A stretch of DNA of 64,000 nt from an uncultured Nitrospinota bacterium (lineage in GTDB: Bacteria > Tectomicrobia > Entotheonellia > J063 > CAVPRW01), in contig CAVPRW010000045.1 in assembly GCA_963707985.1 (NCBI GenBank), positions 192,001-256,000 of the forward strand, written 5' to 3'. The notes beneath the pieces were generated by a model that worked only from the letters and a program-made list of their open reading frames with translations, was not told the DNA's origin and searched no databases. Below, one piece after another: positions 1-11,372 of this stretch. Position 1 is the stretch's first letter. Every line of letters starts with the position of its first letter. The position numbers and the translations under genes are program-made.

Positions 1-893
1 CCTCCATCCTGGTGAGCACTTGGTCTTTGGCCGGGAGCATGACGCGCGGATCGCGCAGTTGGACCTCACCAGCGGGTATGCGATCCAACACTTGGCGCAC
101 GATCTTAGTGCTCTCACTCATCTCTGCCATGCGGGTCAGATAGCGCTCATAGCAGTCACCCGCGGTTCCCACGGGCACTTCGAAATCAAGCTCGTCATAG
201 AGCAGATAGGGTTCTACTCGCCGGAGATCGAGGCCAACACCAGAGGCCCGCAGATTCGGCCCCGTTAGACCCAGATCGATCGCTTCGGCAGCGCCAATCA
301 CCCCCACGCCTCTGGTGCGATCGATCCAAATCCGATTGCGTGTTAAGAGTTTATCATACTCTTCGATCTTCGCGGGGAAACTTTCGACAAATGTGCGGCA
401 GCGCTCGATGAATCCTGGGGGCAAATCCTGATCTACCCCACCGATCCTGGTGTAGCTGGTGGTGAGTCGCGAGCCACACAGCATCTCAAATAAATTGTAG
501 AGTTCCTCCCGCTCTCGAAAGGTATGGAAAAACATTGTATATGCCCCCACGTCCATCGCCATCGTACCGATCGCCAGGAGGTGGGATGAGATGCGCGCGA
601 GTTCGGCCACCAGCACACGGATATGCTTGGCTCGTGGGCGGGATGTCGATCCCCAGCAGCTTTTCGACCGTCTGCACGTAGGCTACATTGTTGGACATCG
701 GGGCCAGATAGTCAAGTCGGTCGGTATAGGGGATAAACTGGTGAAACGATTTCACCTCGGCGATTTTCTCCTTGCCGCTATGCAGATAGCCGAGGTGCGG
801 CGTGCATTTCACCACCTTTTCCCCGTCGAGCTCAAGCAACAGCCGCAATACCCCATGCGTACTGGGATGCTGCGGACCCATGTTAATCACCAT
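1..893 (-). CDS. nuoD: NADH-quinone oxidoreductase subunit D (3'-partial; one frameshift near 638)
   Basis: [18 protein letters not shown]...GYLH...DRLDY motifs. Removing one base at ~637-640 continues as [19 protein letters not shown]...[11 protein letters not shown]...GDCYERY to the window edge. Confidence 0.93.
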
Positions 894-925
894 GCGGCGC
901 AGACCGCCTGCGATGGGCTCAGCGG

Positions 926-1480
926 TTAGATGGGTAGTCCGACCTCTGTCACCAGTGGACGCGGGAAGGGATCAGGGGCAGGCTGTTCGCCACGGGCGAT
1001 CTTCTCCTGCACCTTTATAATGCCATAGATGAGCGCCTCTGGCCGTGGCGGACATCCTCCCACGTATACATCCACCGGCAGAATCTTATCGACCCCCTGC
1101 AACACGCTGTAGGAACGATACATGCCCCCCGATGAGGCACATGATCCCATGGCGATCACCCATTTCGGATCGGGCATTTGATCGTAAATCTTCCGCACCG
1201 CCGGAGCCATCTTGCGGGACACCCACCCGGCCACGATCATCAGGTCCGACTGTCGTGGCGAGAACCGTAGGACCTCTGCACCAAAGCGCGCCACGTCGTA
1301 TCGCGAGGCCACCATGGCCATCAATTCGATGGCACAACATGACAATCCCATGGGCATCGGCCACAGGGAATTCTTGCGAGCCCAGTTCACCAAATCATCC
1401 AACCGTGTCGTAAAAATCGTCTTTTTGAGCTCTTCTTCTAGGTGCCCTTCCTCGACCAACGTATAGGGCTCACGGTCCAT
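926..1480 (-). CDS. nuoB: NADH-quinone oxidoreductase subunit B
   Basis: [36 protein letters not shown] and [11 protein letters not shown]2-cluster motifs. Start taken at ATG 1480 after GAGGGG. Confidence 0.95.
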   Translation of the reverse strand: MDREPYTLVEEGHLEEELKKTIFTTRLDDLVNWARKNSLWPMPMGLSCCAIELMAMVASRYDVARFGAEVLRFSPRQSDLMIVAGWVSRKMAPAVRKIYDQMPDPKWVIAMGSCASSGGMYRSYSVLQGVDKILPVDVYVGGCPPRPEALIYGIIKVQEKIARGEQPAPDPFPRPLVTEVGLPI

Positions 1481-1635
1481 GCAGGCCATCCCCTCACTCA
1501 CCTGGAGCCTGGTAGTCTGGAATTTCCCCAGGGAGACACAGTCGGCAGACTTTCTCCAGCCATCATGAGCGTGTAGCATGCAACCATCGGGCGTCCGCAT
1601 ATGGGACGTGCCGCTGTGGATGCCCAACGCTCTAT

Positions 1636-2292
1636 TCATTCTAACATTACTTGCGGAACGGAGGCAACACCCTCCAGGCGCCGGGTGGGCAACGCAAAAT
1701 GGACTAACGTCCGCCGTCTTAGGCAGGAAGAGTTTATGGTCACATGCCCGTGAGAGCCGATGAGCGACATGAATTCCATACGCAGGTGTGCATCTTCTTT
1801 AAATTTTCCCAGCATCGCCCGGGTGATGGCCATCGAGTCCTGCTTCTGCACGCCGCGCATGATCATGCAGAGATGGCGCGCTTCGATGACGACAGCTACC
1901 CCAGACGGCTGCAAGTGTTCGGCAATCGCCTCGGCGATTTGGGAGGTCATGCGCTCCTGAATCTGGAGACGGCGGCTGTACATCTCCACAAGGCGGGCGA
2001 TCTTGCTGATGCCGACAACCTTCTTGTCCGGTAGATAGGCCACGTGGCATTTGCCAAAGAAGGGGAGCATGTGATGTTCGCAGAGACTGAACAAATCGAT
2101 ATCCTTCACGAGGATCATCTCGTCATAAGATTCGGTATAGAAGGCACCATTGAGCACTTCTTTCACATCTTGATGGTACCCGCTGGTGAGGAATCGAAGC
2201 GTTCTTTCCACACGCGCTGGCGTTTTCTCCAGCCCCTCCCGCTCTGGATCCTCGCCAAGCTTTCGCAACAAATCCAAAATTAAACCTCGCAT
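1636..2292 (-). CDS. folE: GTP cyclohydrolase I
   Basis: [34 protein letters not shown] and HLCMIMRG motifs. The last ~35 aa may be read-through from an indel. Confidence 0.95.
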   Translation of the reverse strand: MRGLILDLLRKLGEDPEREGLEKTPARVERTLRFLTSGYHQDVKEVLNGAFYTESYDEMILVKDIDLFSLCEHHMLPFFGKCHVAYLPDKKVVGISKIARLVEMYSRRLQIQERMTSQIAEAIAEHLQPSGVAVVIEARHLCMIMRGVQKQDSMAITRAMLGKFKEDAHLRMEFMSLIGSHGHVTINSSCLRRRTLVHFALPTRRLEGVASVPQVMLE

Positions 2293-2395
2293 GCATCCTC
2301 CTCAGTCGGCTGCAATATCCACAGACGGGCTACGCGTTTCCGTTGTCCGTCACAACATTGCACGTTACCTCGTTAACATTCTCCAGACCATGCTG

Positions 2396-3584
2396 TTACC
2401 GTATCGGATCGACACGTACCATTGACCAGGTGGTTTTCTCCCTGCCGCCTGCCCGCACGCATCCGGCCACTGCGGCTGCAGCCAGGCAAAGTCCTCCCAG
2501 GGGTAAGGTGGCCGTATAGAAATGACTTTGCCGATGCACGCGGCGCACCACACTTTCGGCTTGCAAGATCGTGACCACCGCCAAAATCGCGCTGACCGCA
2601 AGCGCAACATCCCACCATCCGTGCACCATATCTAATCCCCAGAACCCGAAGGAAAAGGCAGGAATTAAGGCCACAAACGGCAGCACAGCCCATCCCAATA
2701 TGCCTATGGCGTGAGCGGCCAACCGTAGTGGACGCCCGCCGAGGCGCACGTACAGGCTACGACTCCACCCATCCCACAGTTCGCGAAAGTGGCGGTAGGT
2801 CCGGGTGAGCAAGAGGTCCATGGCTTTGACGAACTCGACGCGATATCCCAGGGATCTCACCCGGCGCATCAAGTCATCTTCTTCGTGCTGTTCGAAGGCG
2901 ACTGACAACATGGCCTCCAGCCTTCACGTAGGCCGTCGCGGGAGACCAGTAGAAAGGCTTCACTGGCCCACACCCCACGTGCCGCCGCTGACACCGACCT
3001 GTTCCAATGGTCTGAGGAAGGCCAAATACTGGAAGGCAGTCAGGTTGCCATACGTGCTCCCAGAAGCTCCGGCACTCGTGTCGCGGTGCTAATGACAACA
3101 TACCGAGTCCTTGCAGTCTGGCATATGCCATGGCGCGACTGAGAAGGCCAGGGACGTGATAGGTTTCAGGCGTGGTGAAGAGCAACCACTCCCCTCGCGC
3201 CGCTGCCACGCCCTGTTGCAGTGCTGCAGGCATATTCAGCGATCCCGTTGGCGAGGGTTCGCTTCGCAAGACACGCAAGCACCCCTCCGTCGTGGCTTCC
3301 ATCTTGAGCAACTGTTTCCTGGTCTCGTCGCTGGAGGAGGCATCGACGACAATCACTTCGAAGCGCGAATAATCCTGACGTAGCAGGGATTGGACGCAGC
3401 GCTCGAGGTCATGAGTGCGATTACCTGCGGCGACCACGATGGAGATGAATGGCGCGGCATCGTCCGCCAACTCTGGGATCTCAAGTGTACTCCATATCGG
3501 TAGGCTCACCTCCCGTTTCGCGAAACGGAGCCACAGCCAGGCGATCACTACGAGTCCAGTGCTTAGGATCAAGGAGGTCGCCAT
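2396..3584 (-). CDS. Membrane GT2-family glycosyltransferase-like protein (several frameshifts at ~2900-3040; degenerate catalytic motifs)
   Basis: N-terminal TM, then ISIVV...CVQSLLRQDY..FEVIVVD...GEWLLFT, AYVKAGGH, RTYRHFRELWDGWSRSLY and C-terminal TM helices. Spread over ORFs 2874..3755 and 2396..2911. Confidence 0.75.
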
Positions 3585-4199
3585 TAGGTCTGTCCTGGGT
3601 GGGCTCGGCGGCCTCGATGATTGCCTGCCCACCAAATCGTTGGGTGTGGACGCATTCATGCCTTGAAGACCTCCAACGGCCGTCATTGTCTCGTGTTTCG
3701 TATAATGCCCATGCGATGCACCACGTGCGTTACCGCGCTCACGGCCGTTGTCCATCGACGCGCTGCAGGGTGACCTCTCTGATAACCATCTTCCTCCGAC
3801 CCTTATAGAGTCAAGACCACCAACGGTTTCAGTGACATATCTCGATCCGATCCGTCAAATAATATACTGGTCAGGCGGTCAATCTGCCATCCGATTTACC
3901 GTCTGCAGAAGTCTGGCCTGCAACGAGGTGACTCATGACCTTCAGCCAGACGTACCGACATGTGGAAGTGCCGCAGCCGGCTGATAACCGAGGGGATCAC
4001 ACGACCTTACAGGGCATATGCCCTATGCATGTAGCTGTGAGCGCGCGCTACACTAGCAAAATCACTGAGGAAGATCAAGCTGGACGACCTGCCAATGTGA
4101 GCCCATGTCGCGCCGGTTGACGAGAGATGGGCTTGGGGTTGCATCAGCAGTTCCGATCTCCGGAGGTCGTGCGACATTGGCGCCTGGGGGAGCGTCTCA

Positions 4200-5851
4200 T
4201 CATCGGTTCGAGATGAGCAGCAGCGTTGAGCGACCGAACTCCTGATGTGCCAGGATGGGCAAGAAGCGGCCAGTGATCTCGCCAAGTCTGTTGATACCAG
4301 TCGGCCTCAATGATACAGAAGGCCTCCCCCTCCTGTTCCAGGTAGGGTATAACCTCGATAGATTGGGGCAGTTCCGGAATGAAGCGTCCTAGGTGAAACC
4401 TCAGCGCCAAGTCGTTCATCGGCCCACAGAGCTGCAGCGGTCTGTCCCTGGCCACACGAGCATGGACCTCCGTCGTGAATGATTTGATCGGATATCGGTC
4501 ATTGAACTGCGGTGTGTAGACCCATACAACTGTCATCACCATGGCCAGCCAGGTGCACCCCACGATGAGGACATACATCACGCGAGTCTGCCCAGCGATC
4601 GCTGCACTTCCCAGCAGTATTCCTGCCACCAGAAGCAGCAAACTCCCCCAGAGGCCCATCTCTGGCGATGCCGGTAGCAGGAGCGTACTTCTACTCGGTA
4701 AAAGGCTGTCAACGGACCCCCAGATCACGACCGCGAATCCCCAAAGCGTCAATGCCAGCATCAGTGCTGGAAGGCGTATAGCCCAGAGAGACACAGCCTC
4801 GGGGGTAAGTCGCCACCAACGGGACCAGCTCCATCCCACGAGCAGCGCCGCGGCGGGGAAGGCTGGGAGGATATAGATGTCGCGTTTGCCGGTTGAGATG
4901 GAAAAAAACCCGAGAATCGTGACCAACCAGCAGAGGGCAAACCATCGCCCATCTCGTCCTTGGGTGTCGACCGAGGCTGCCTCGCAGCGACGAGGGCTTG
5001 AGGCAGGAATAGCGTCCATGGCAGGAATTCTGCCGGGAAGGCGCCAAGATAATAATACCAGGGAGCCGTGTGTTCCCATGCTCTGACATATCGCTCGAGG
5101 CTATGATGCAGCAAGGTCGCCTGGGCATACTCCAGCCCCCCTAGAGCAACCGCTGGCACAAACCAGGCCAAGTGTAACGCCCAAGAACGCACCGAGGCAG
5201 AGGAGCGCATCCCCGCCGTTTAGCTTCGGGCGCTCCGGCCATGCGTTTTGATGAGATAGATGAGCCCGCAGAGGGTCGGTAGGACCACGCCCACCGGTCC
5301 TTTGGTGAGCGTTGCGAAGCCCATGCACAGGCCGGCCGCGACCGCCGCCCGACGACGCTTGGCCTGTGAACCATTCCCACAGGGCCCAGAAGGCGCCAGT
5401 CGTCCACAACGTCAGGAGCATGTCGGGTAACGCTTGTCGGCCGCTCCAAAAGAATCCGCCGCTGGTGGCTAAGACGAGAGCAGCCAGGAGTCCGGTGGCT
5501 GGGTGAGAAGCATCTCACCCCGAGACGCCATGTCATGAGACACACACCGACGGCCGCAAGCGCCGACGGCAACCGAGCCGTCCACTCGGTGACACCGGGT
5601 CCGAGGGCTGACAGGAGAGCGATGGACCAGAAGAGCAATGGCGGCTTGTCAGCATAGACCATACCGCCAAGATGGGGCAGGATCCACTGGCCCGTTTCCA
5701 ACATCTCACGGGCCACGAGGGCATAGCGAGCTTCCAGGGGGATCCAGATATTACGGTCGCCCAGTCCCAGCAAGAATTGGGGCAGTGTCGCTGCGGCGAT
5801 GAGCACTGCAGCTATGCAGCTGCTGCGCTTATGGTGCTTCGAATCAGACAC
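4200..5851 (-). CDS. ArnT/PMT-family (GT83/GT39-like) membrane glycosyltransferase, ~5 frameshifts
   Basis: EARYALVAREMLETGQW...YADKPPLLFW, EWTARLPSA, LTKGPVG, PWYYY...FLPW and FFSISTGKRDIYILPAFPA spread over consecutive frames. GTG start overlaps the upstream stop. Confidence 0.85.
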
Positions 5852-6898
5852 TGTCTGGCACCTGAACGCCGCGCTCCTGGGCAATGGTTGCTAGGCGTTG
5901 CCAGGTCTCCGCATCGATCGCAATGCCATAGTGTCGACGATAGTGACGTAAACGGGCAGCCCGCTCGCCGGGATAGACGATCTCATCCACCCCCGGAGCA
6001 CGTGGGCAGCTCGTGATGTGGGCGATGAGATCACGAACGTCAGCAGCGAACTGTTCCAGGGGGAGAAAACGCCCGATATCGGCCACGATGATGAAGAGAC
6101 CATTGTTGTAAGGAGGAAGCTGCTGCCGTGAGTGGCCAGCACGCCCCAAAATACCTGCCAGGACATCGACAGCCAGCCCTAAGCCATAGCCCTTATATCC
6201 CACGCTGCCGCCTAGTGGCAGAAGACTTCCGCTGTGACGAAAGAAAGTCCTCATGATTGGTCGTCGCCTGACCCAATGCGTCAATCATCCACCCCAATGG
6301 TATGGGCTCACGCCGCTGTCTGCCTGAGGCGCACCTGCCCTTCGGCGACAATGCTAGTGGACATATCCAGGATGAAAGGCGTGGAGGTTCCGGTTGGCAG
6401 CCCAACAGCGAGGGGGTTGGTCGACAAGCGTCCGGCGATGCCGCCATAAGGAGCGACTCGCTGGCCGCCGCCACCGTCGTTGACGGCGATGATCCCCACC
6501 ATGCCGGCCTCGGCCGCAAGCCGGGCGTAGGCACCCAAGTGGCCGACGTGATAGCAGCGGTATGCCCCGACAGCACTGATACCGCACCGGTGTGCCTTGT
6601 CAATGCCAAGCGTCATGGCCTCGTGCGCCAGCCGCTGACCAAAACCCCAATGACCATCGACGAGCGCGGTGGCGGCGGTCTCGCGCTCACGGGTGAATGC
6701 AGTACCGGGGGCGATCAGGCCCTCCGCATGGGCGTCCAGGTAGCCGGGGATCTGGATGACGCCGTGGGAATCGTGTCCCGATAAATTCGCATCGACGAGG
6801 AGGTGCGCCACGAGGGAAGCCTCCTCCGCGGGCCCCCCAAGCGACTGGAGCAGCGCTTGAGCAAACTGGATAAGGGGATCGGCTTGAATCCGTGGCAT
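5844..6898 (-). CDS. Ldh_2 family (malate/L-lactate/ureidoglycolate-type) oxidoreductase, 2 frameshifts (~6310, ~6245)
   Basis: GHDSHGV, HVGHLG, STNPLAVG, LDMSTS, GYKGYGL and YPGE motifs. AGGAGG RBS before ATG 6898. Confidence 0.9.
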
Positions 6899-7301
6899 CC
6901 GCCACCTCCTTCTGCAGACTTTCCGAACACATTCTAGCACAGTCGGCAAGCATCATGAGAAATGTGCAGCAGCATAGAGCCCGTCATCATCCCTGCGCGG
7001 GGTACTGTCGGGGAGCCTCATGAATCATAGCGCCAGGAGCAAACACTATTTACAGGGCCTGATTTGATGGCTATGATGAAACCAAGGGGGTGAATACCTG
7101 GCCGTTACCCGGAGGGGGATGTCTATCGCTTATGGTGCATATGGCGGCAATGGCGCTCTAGATCGATGGCCGTGCATAGCCCATGGTACTCTCAGTATTG
7201 CGTTCGCCTCTGCCCGCTAGGCTCAATTGTCAGGTGGCAGGGGGGTATTTCGTCGCTGGAGGTCAGGCCGGCCACTGACACCGCTTAGGATGAGTTTGTC
7301 C

Positions 7302-7330
7302 TTGTGATCAATAGGGCTCTATAGTAAAAT
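7302..7330 (+). promoter_or_regulatory. Putative sigma70 promoter for korBA
   Basis: TTGTGA-17 nt-TAAAAT about 130 bp upstream of korB. Confidence 0.45.
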
Positions 7331-7460
7331 CTCACCCGCTGCCAGTAATATAGAGGTCGCATTTTGGTAGGACGTGTGCATTCCGGCCTTATCCCCGTAA
7401 TCGACACAACCTGCGATCCTATGTATTGCGCGACCGCTCGACTGTAAGGAGGTGTATTCG

Positions 7461-8321
7461 ATGGTGACTCTCGAGTTGTACAATCAAAATACGATCAAGT
7501 CCCAATGGTGCCCGGGCTGCGGTGATTTCGCTGTTATCAAGTCGCTCAAGGAGGCACTGGTGAGCTTGGAGGTTCACCCGAAGGATTTGGTCATTACCGC
7601 CGGGATCGGCTGCTCGGGCCGTGCCTTCGCTTATCTTAATGGATACTCCTTCCATGGCGTGCATGGGCGTGCTCTGCCGCTCTCTTCGGGTATTAAACTC
7701 GCCAACGAAGCCCTGAAAGTGCTCGTGCTCGGCGGTGACGGTGATGGATATGCCATTGGTATGGGACACTTCCCTCACGCCATCCGGCGCAACCTCGACC
7801 TCACCTATGTGGTCATGAACAATCAGACCTATGGGCTTACCAAAGGGCAGGTTTCACCGACCAGCGATCTTGGCTACCGAACCACCACCACTCCGGCAGG
7901 CAATATCGAAGGGGCAATTGACCCAATGGCAATCGCGATGTCCTCGGGCATCACATTTTTAGCCCGCGGCTTCTCAGGGAACCCGAAACACCTGACTAAA
8001 TTGTTCGAGCGTGCCATTGCGCATAAGGGGTTCTCACTGGTCGATGTCTTAAGTCCGTGTGTGACATATAATCGTGTCAATACCTATGACTGGTACCGCG
8101 AGCACTCCTACTATCTCGATGAAGAGCCCGGCTACGATCCAACGGATCGTAAGCAGGCGTGGGACATGCTGTTGCATAATGAGAAAATTCCCCTAGGGGT
8201 GATATTCCAAGGCAGTCGCCCGACGTATGAGGATCTGCGTCCCACTAATTCACGTCTACCCATCGCCCTCCAGACGATTCAGGGCATTGATTACGCCGCG
8301 GTGATGGAAGAGTTCTTCTAA
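7461..8321 (+). CDS. korB: 2-oxoacid:ferredoxin oxidoreductase beta subunit
   Basis: WCPGCGDF, GIGCS, HGRALP, TPP-binding GDGD...MNNQTYGLTKGQ and SPCVTYN motifs. AAGGAGGT RBS. Confidence 0.93.
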   Translation: MVTLELYNQNTIKSQWCPGCGDFAVIKSLKEALVSLEVHPKDLVITAGIGCSGRAFAYLNGYSFHGVHGRALPLSSGIKLANEALKVLVLGGDGDGYAIGMGHFPHAIRRNLDLTYVVMNNQTYGLTKGQVSPTSDLGYRTTTTPAGNIEGAIDPMAIAMSSGITFLARGFSGNPKHLTKLFERAIAHKGFSLVDVLSPCVTYNRVNTYDWYREHSYYLDEEPGYDPTDRKQAWDMLLHNEKIPLGVIFQGSRPTYEDLRPTNSRLPIALQTIQGIDYAAVMEEFF

Positions 8322-8402
8322 TTGGGGTTGGCCCCGAGTCCCCCCGGGGACGATCAGTTGAACCATGCACTCCGAGGTTTCTCGAGGAGGGAGGATGCGG
8401 CT

Positions 8403-10175
8403 GTGATCATTAATCAACTCAAACTATTAGCTGGAGGAGAGGCGGGAGATGGTGTATTTGCCGTCTCCGATATGCTGGCCTTGATGTTCGCCAGAGCCGG
8501 GCTTGAGATTCTCACTACCCAAACATATTCCTCCCGTATTCGAGGCGGACATATTAACGCCTCGGTGCGTGTTGCTGAAGGGGAGCTCTTCTCACAAGGG
8601 GATGAGCTCGATCTCTTGATTGCACTCGACCTTGAGACCGTCGAACTGCACCGCAAGACCGTTCGGGACGGCGGCATCATTCTGTATGATAACTCGCAGG
8701 GGGCCATCGACATTAGCGACCTTGAGCAGCGTCAGGTGGCCGTCTTCCCCATTCCAGCCCGGAAGATTGCCCGTGAGAAGCTGAATGCCCCCATCATGAA
8801 AAATATCGTGATGACGGGGGCCGCCTTGACAGCTGTCAACTTTGACCCTGAGTTTGAGTTTTTGGGGGGCCTCATCCGTGAGCGCTTTTTGAGCAAAGGT
8901 GAGAAAATCGTCGCCAAGAACATGGAGGCGGCCGCGGCTGGTCGAGAACTTGTCTTGCAGGCCAACAAATCCGTTGCCTACAAAATGGAAAAGCGCGAGC
9001 GGGCGCGTAAAATGTTGCTTCAGGGCAGCGATGCGGTGTCCTTTGGGGCGCTGGTGGCCGGTTGTCGCTTCATGGCGTCCTATCCTATTACCCCTGCCTC
9101 TGACGTTATGGAGTATCTCGTCACCAAGTTTCCGAAATACAACGGTGTTATGGTTCAAGCTGAAGACGAGCTGTCGGCCATTAACATGTCAATCGGCGCC
9201 GCCTTCAGTGGTGCGCGGGCATTGGCAGCAAGCTCGGGACCGGGCATCGCATTGATGATCGAAGCCTTAGGCCTTGCCGCCGTGACCGAGACGCCTTTGG
9301 TCATTGTCGACGTACAACGGTGTGGACCTAGTACGGGCATGCCAACGCGCATGGAACAGGCTGACCTCAATCTCCTCATCTATGGAGCGCACGGCGAAAT
9401 ACCACGAATCGTTATCGCCCCATCGGACATCGAGGAGTGCTTCTACCAAACCACCCGTGCGTTTAACTTGGCTGATAAGTATCAATGTCCAGTCATTATC
9501 GCCACCGATCAGTATTTATCGCAATCTCAACGTACCACGTGGCCTTTTGATCTCTCGAAAGTTGTCATCGATCGGGGATGGCTGCTCACGGACGATGAGC
9601 TGAACGAGCTCAGTAGCCCTTTCAGACGCTATCTGATCACTGAACGAGGCATCTCTCCACGTACCCTTCCGTCCCAGGAGAAGGGGATTTATAAGACCAC
9701 TGGCGTGGAGCACGTCGAGAGTGGCAATGCCACTGAGAACCCGGATGCCCGTGTGCGCATGATGCAGAAACGCTTTCTGAAGCTGGATACTTTCAGCCGT
9801 GAGGATATGCAACCGCCGAAGATATACGGTAACCCAGACAGCGATCTGACGATTGTTGGATGGGGATCCACAAAGGGGGTTATCCTCGAAGTGATGGACC
9901 GCTTCAGGCAAGAGGAGGGGGTTGATCTCAAACTTATGCAACTCGTCGATATCTGGCCTTTCCCGGATCAGGCGGTCTCCGACATCTTGCGCACGGCTCG
10001 ACAGGTGGCAGTAGTGGAGAATAACTTCACCGGTCAGATGGCTAACTTGATTCGTCAACAGACGGGTATTGAATGCTCTAAAGTTGTAAAGTACAATGGC
10101 GCACCATTCTCACCGAAGGAGCTGTACCAACGCCTCAAAGAACTCATCATGGTCTCTGAGAAGATATCGGCATAA
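8403..10175 (+). CDS. korA: 2-oxoacid:ferredoxin oxidoreductase alpha subunit (gamma-alpha fusion type)
   Basis: GGEAGDG, SRIRGG, YPITPAS, QAEDELSA, SSGPG, QRCGPSTG and VENNFTGQ motifs. GTG start after GGGAGG. Confidence 0.93.
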   Translation: MIINQLKLLAGGEAGDGVFAVSDMLALMFARAGLEILTTQTYSSRIRGGHINASVRVAEGELFSQGDELDLLIALDLETVELHRKTVRDGGIILYDNSQGAIDISDLEQRQVAVFPIPARKIAREKLNAPIMKNIVMTGAALTAVNFDPEFEFLGGLIRERFLSKGEKIVAKNMEAAAAGRELVLQANKSVAYKMEKRERARKMLLQGSDAVSFGALVAGCRFMASYPITPASDVMEYLVTKFPKYNGVMVQAEDELSAINMSIGAAFSGARALAASSGPGIALMIEALGLAAVTETPLVIVDVQRCGPSTGMPTRMEQADLNLLIYGAHGEIPRIVIAPSDIEECFYQTTRAFNLADKYQCPVIIATDQYLSQSQRTTWPFDLSKVVIDRGWLLTDDELNELSSPFRRYLITERGISPRTLPSQEKGIYKTTGVEHVESGNATENPDARVRMMQKRFLKLDTFSREDMQPPKIYGNPDSDLTIVGWGSTKGVILEVMDRFRQEEGVDLKLMQLVDIWPFPDQAVSDILRTARQVAVVENNFTGQMANLIRQQTGIECSKVVKYNGAPFSPKELYQRLKELIMVSEKISA

Positions 10176-10746
10176 TCCATTCGCCATGCCCCCGCGTTGC
10201 AGGGATCCTCGGAAGTTCCGGACCTGGCTGCGCGGGGACCACCATCGTATATCCACGTCTTTCGCCCGAATGTACCGTCGCTACCCCGCCAGCAGCACTA
10301 GACCTCTGCAATGCATCTGCATAGCTGACCCGGGTCTCAAGCTGTAAGATCATATCGCGCCCAAATCCTCACCTCGGAGGCCGAAATGATCCTTGCCACG
10401 TGCCGGTGGGATGCGAAGGGAGGGTGGGTAATCGCTGTTGCGCGAGATACTGGTACAGCCGATTCATCGATGCGCAACCCGTACATCAGCCATTGGCTGG
10501 AGGCCAAGGTGACATGCGAACCCCTGGCACGACGTTCTGCACACTTCCATCACTGTGGAGGTATGCTGGCGGCCGTGAAGGCGTGGCGACCTCCACCGAT
10601 AATCCCCGGGCTGCGTGAGGTAGCGGCGATAGCTACAGAAATTGGGAAATTCCAGAAATACGAAATAAAAATACTTGTGGGGGGCACGACATCCTGTACG
10701 TCGAAAGATATGGCTTGAAGAGTCCTTCAGCCACGAGACGGGACGC

Positions 10747-11301
10747 TCATTCCCCTAAGGTAGTCTTCACCGTGGTTAAGAGCTGCGAGGCAGAGAAAGG
10801 CTTTTCTAGGAAACGTTGAACACCCAGATTTACCGCTTCGATGGCGCTCTCTTTGGAGGCATACCCGGTGACGATGATGCATTTTACCTCGCGCCCATAG
10901 AGTTCATGTGCTTTTGAAATCAGCGCGAGTCCTCCTATTTTCGGAAGGTTGAGATCAACGATGAGGAGGTCGTAGCAAATCTCGTGGAGCATCGCCAATG
11001 CTTCTTCACCATTACGGGCGATCTGAACGTTGTATCCAGCTTCTTGGAGAATGTCTGTAAGTACAGCCACGGTTCCTGGGTTATCGTCAACGACAAGGAT
11101 GTGCTTACCCGAAGATTGCGGCAGCTCTTCCAGTTGGGCATCACCCCGTAACCAGGCCTCGATGTCACCACGGCGAAACCGCCACCGCCCCCCCACCTTC
11201 ACTTTCGGTATTTGCCCCTGTTTGATATAGCGGTAGACGGTGCGTAGATCAACCTTGAGATAATCAGCCACTTCGTGACTCGTCATAAGATCTTCGGCCA
11301 T
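10747..11301 (-). CDS. Excisionase-like HTH (HTH_17) fused to a response-regulator receiver domain
   Basis: LMTSHEVADYLKVDLRTVYRYIKQGQIP..KVGGRWRF, then ILVVDD, LLIVDL (phosphoacceptor), VTG and EKPF. Confidence 0.9.
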   Translation of the reverse strand: MAEDLMTSHEVADYLKVDLRTVYRYIKQGQIPKVKVGGRWRFRRGDIEAWLRGDAQLEELPQSSGKHILVVDDNPGTVAVLTDILQEAGYNVQIARNGEEALAMLHEICYDLLIVDLNLPKIGGLALISKAHELYGREVKCIIVTGYASKESAIEAVNLGVQRFLEKPFSASQLLTTVKTTLGE

Positions 11302-11320
11302 CTGCTTTCCCCTGCGTAAG

Positions 11321-11368
11321 TGACATCCATTCTATCTAGATGACCGGATATGACATACTATCCTAGAT
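11321..11368. repeat. 10-bp-phased TGAC(AT) direct repeats, putative operator
   Basis: tgacat at 11321, tgaccg at 11341 and tgacat at 11351, with ctagat repeated at 11336 and 11363. They lie between the promoter and start of the HTH_17 gene. Confidence 0.5.
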
Positions 11369-11372
11369 AAAC

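Noticed and set aside
1636..1745. C-terminal extension of FolE as a novel domain
   Set aside because: A TGA in a neighbouring frame lies right after the normal FolE end and the region is indel-prone, so it is probably read-through.
10525..10541. Sigma54-like TGGCACGACGTTCTGCA
   Set aside because: GG-to-GC spacing is 11 rather than the required 10, and there is no credible downstream gene.
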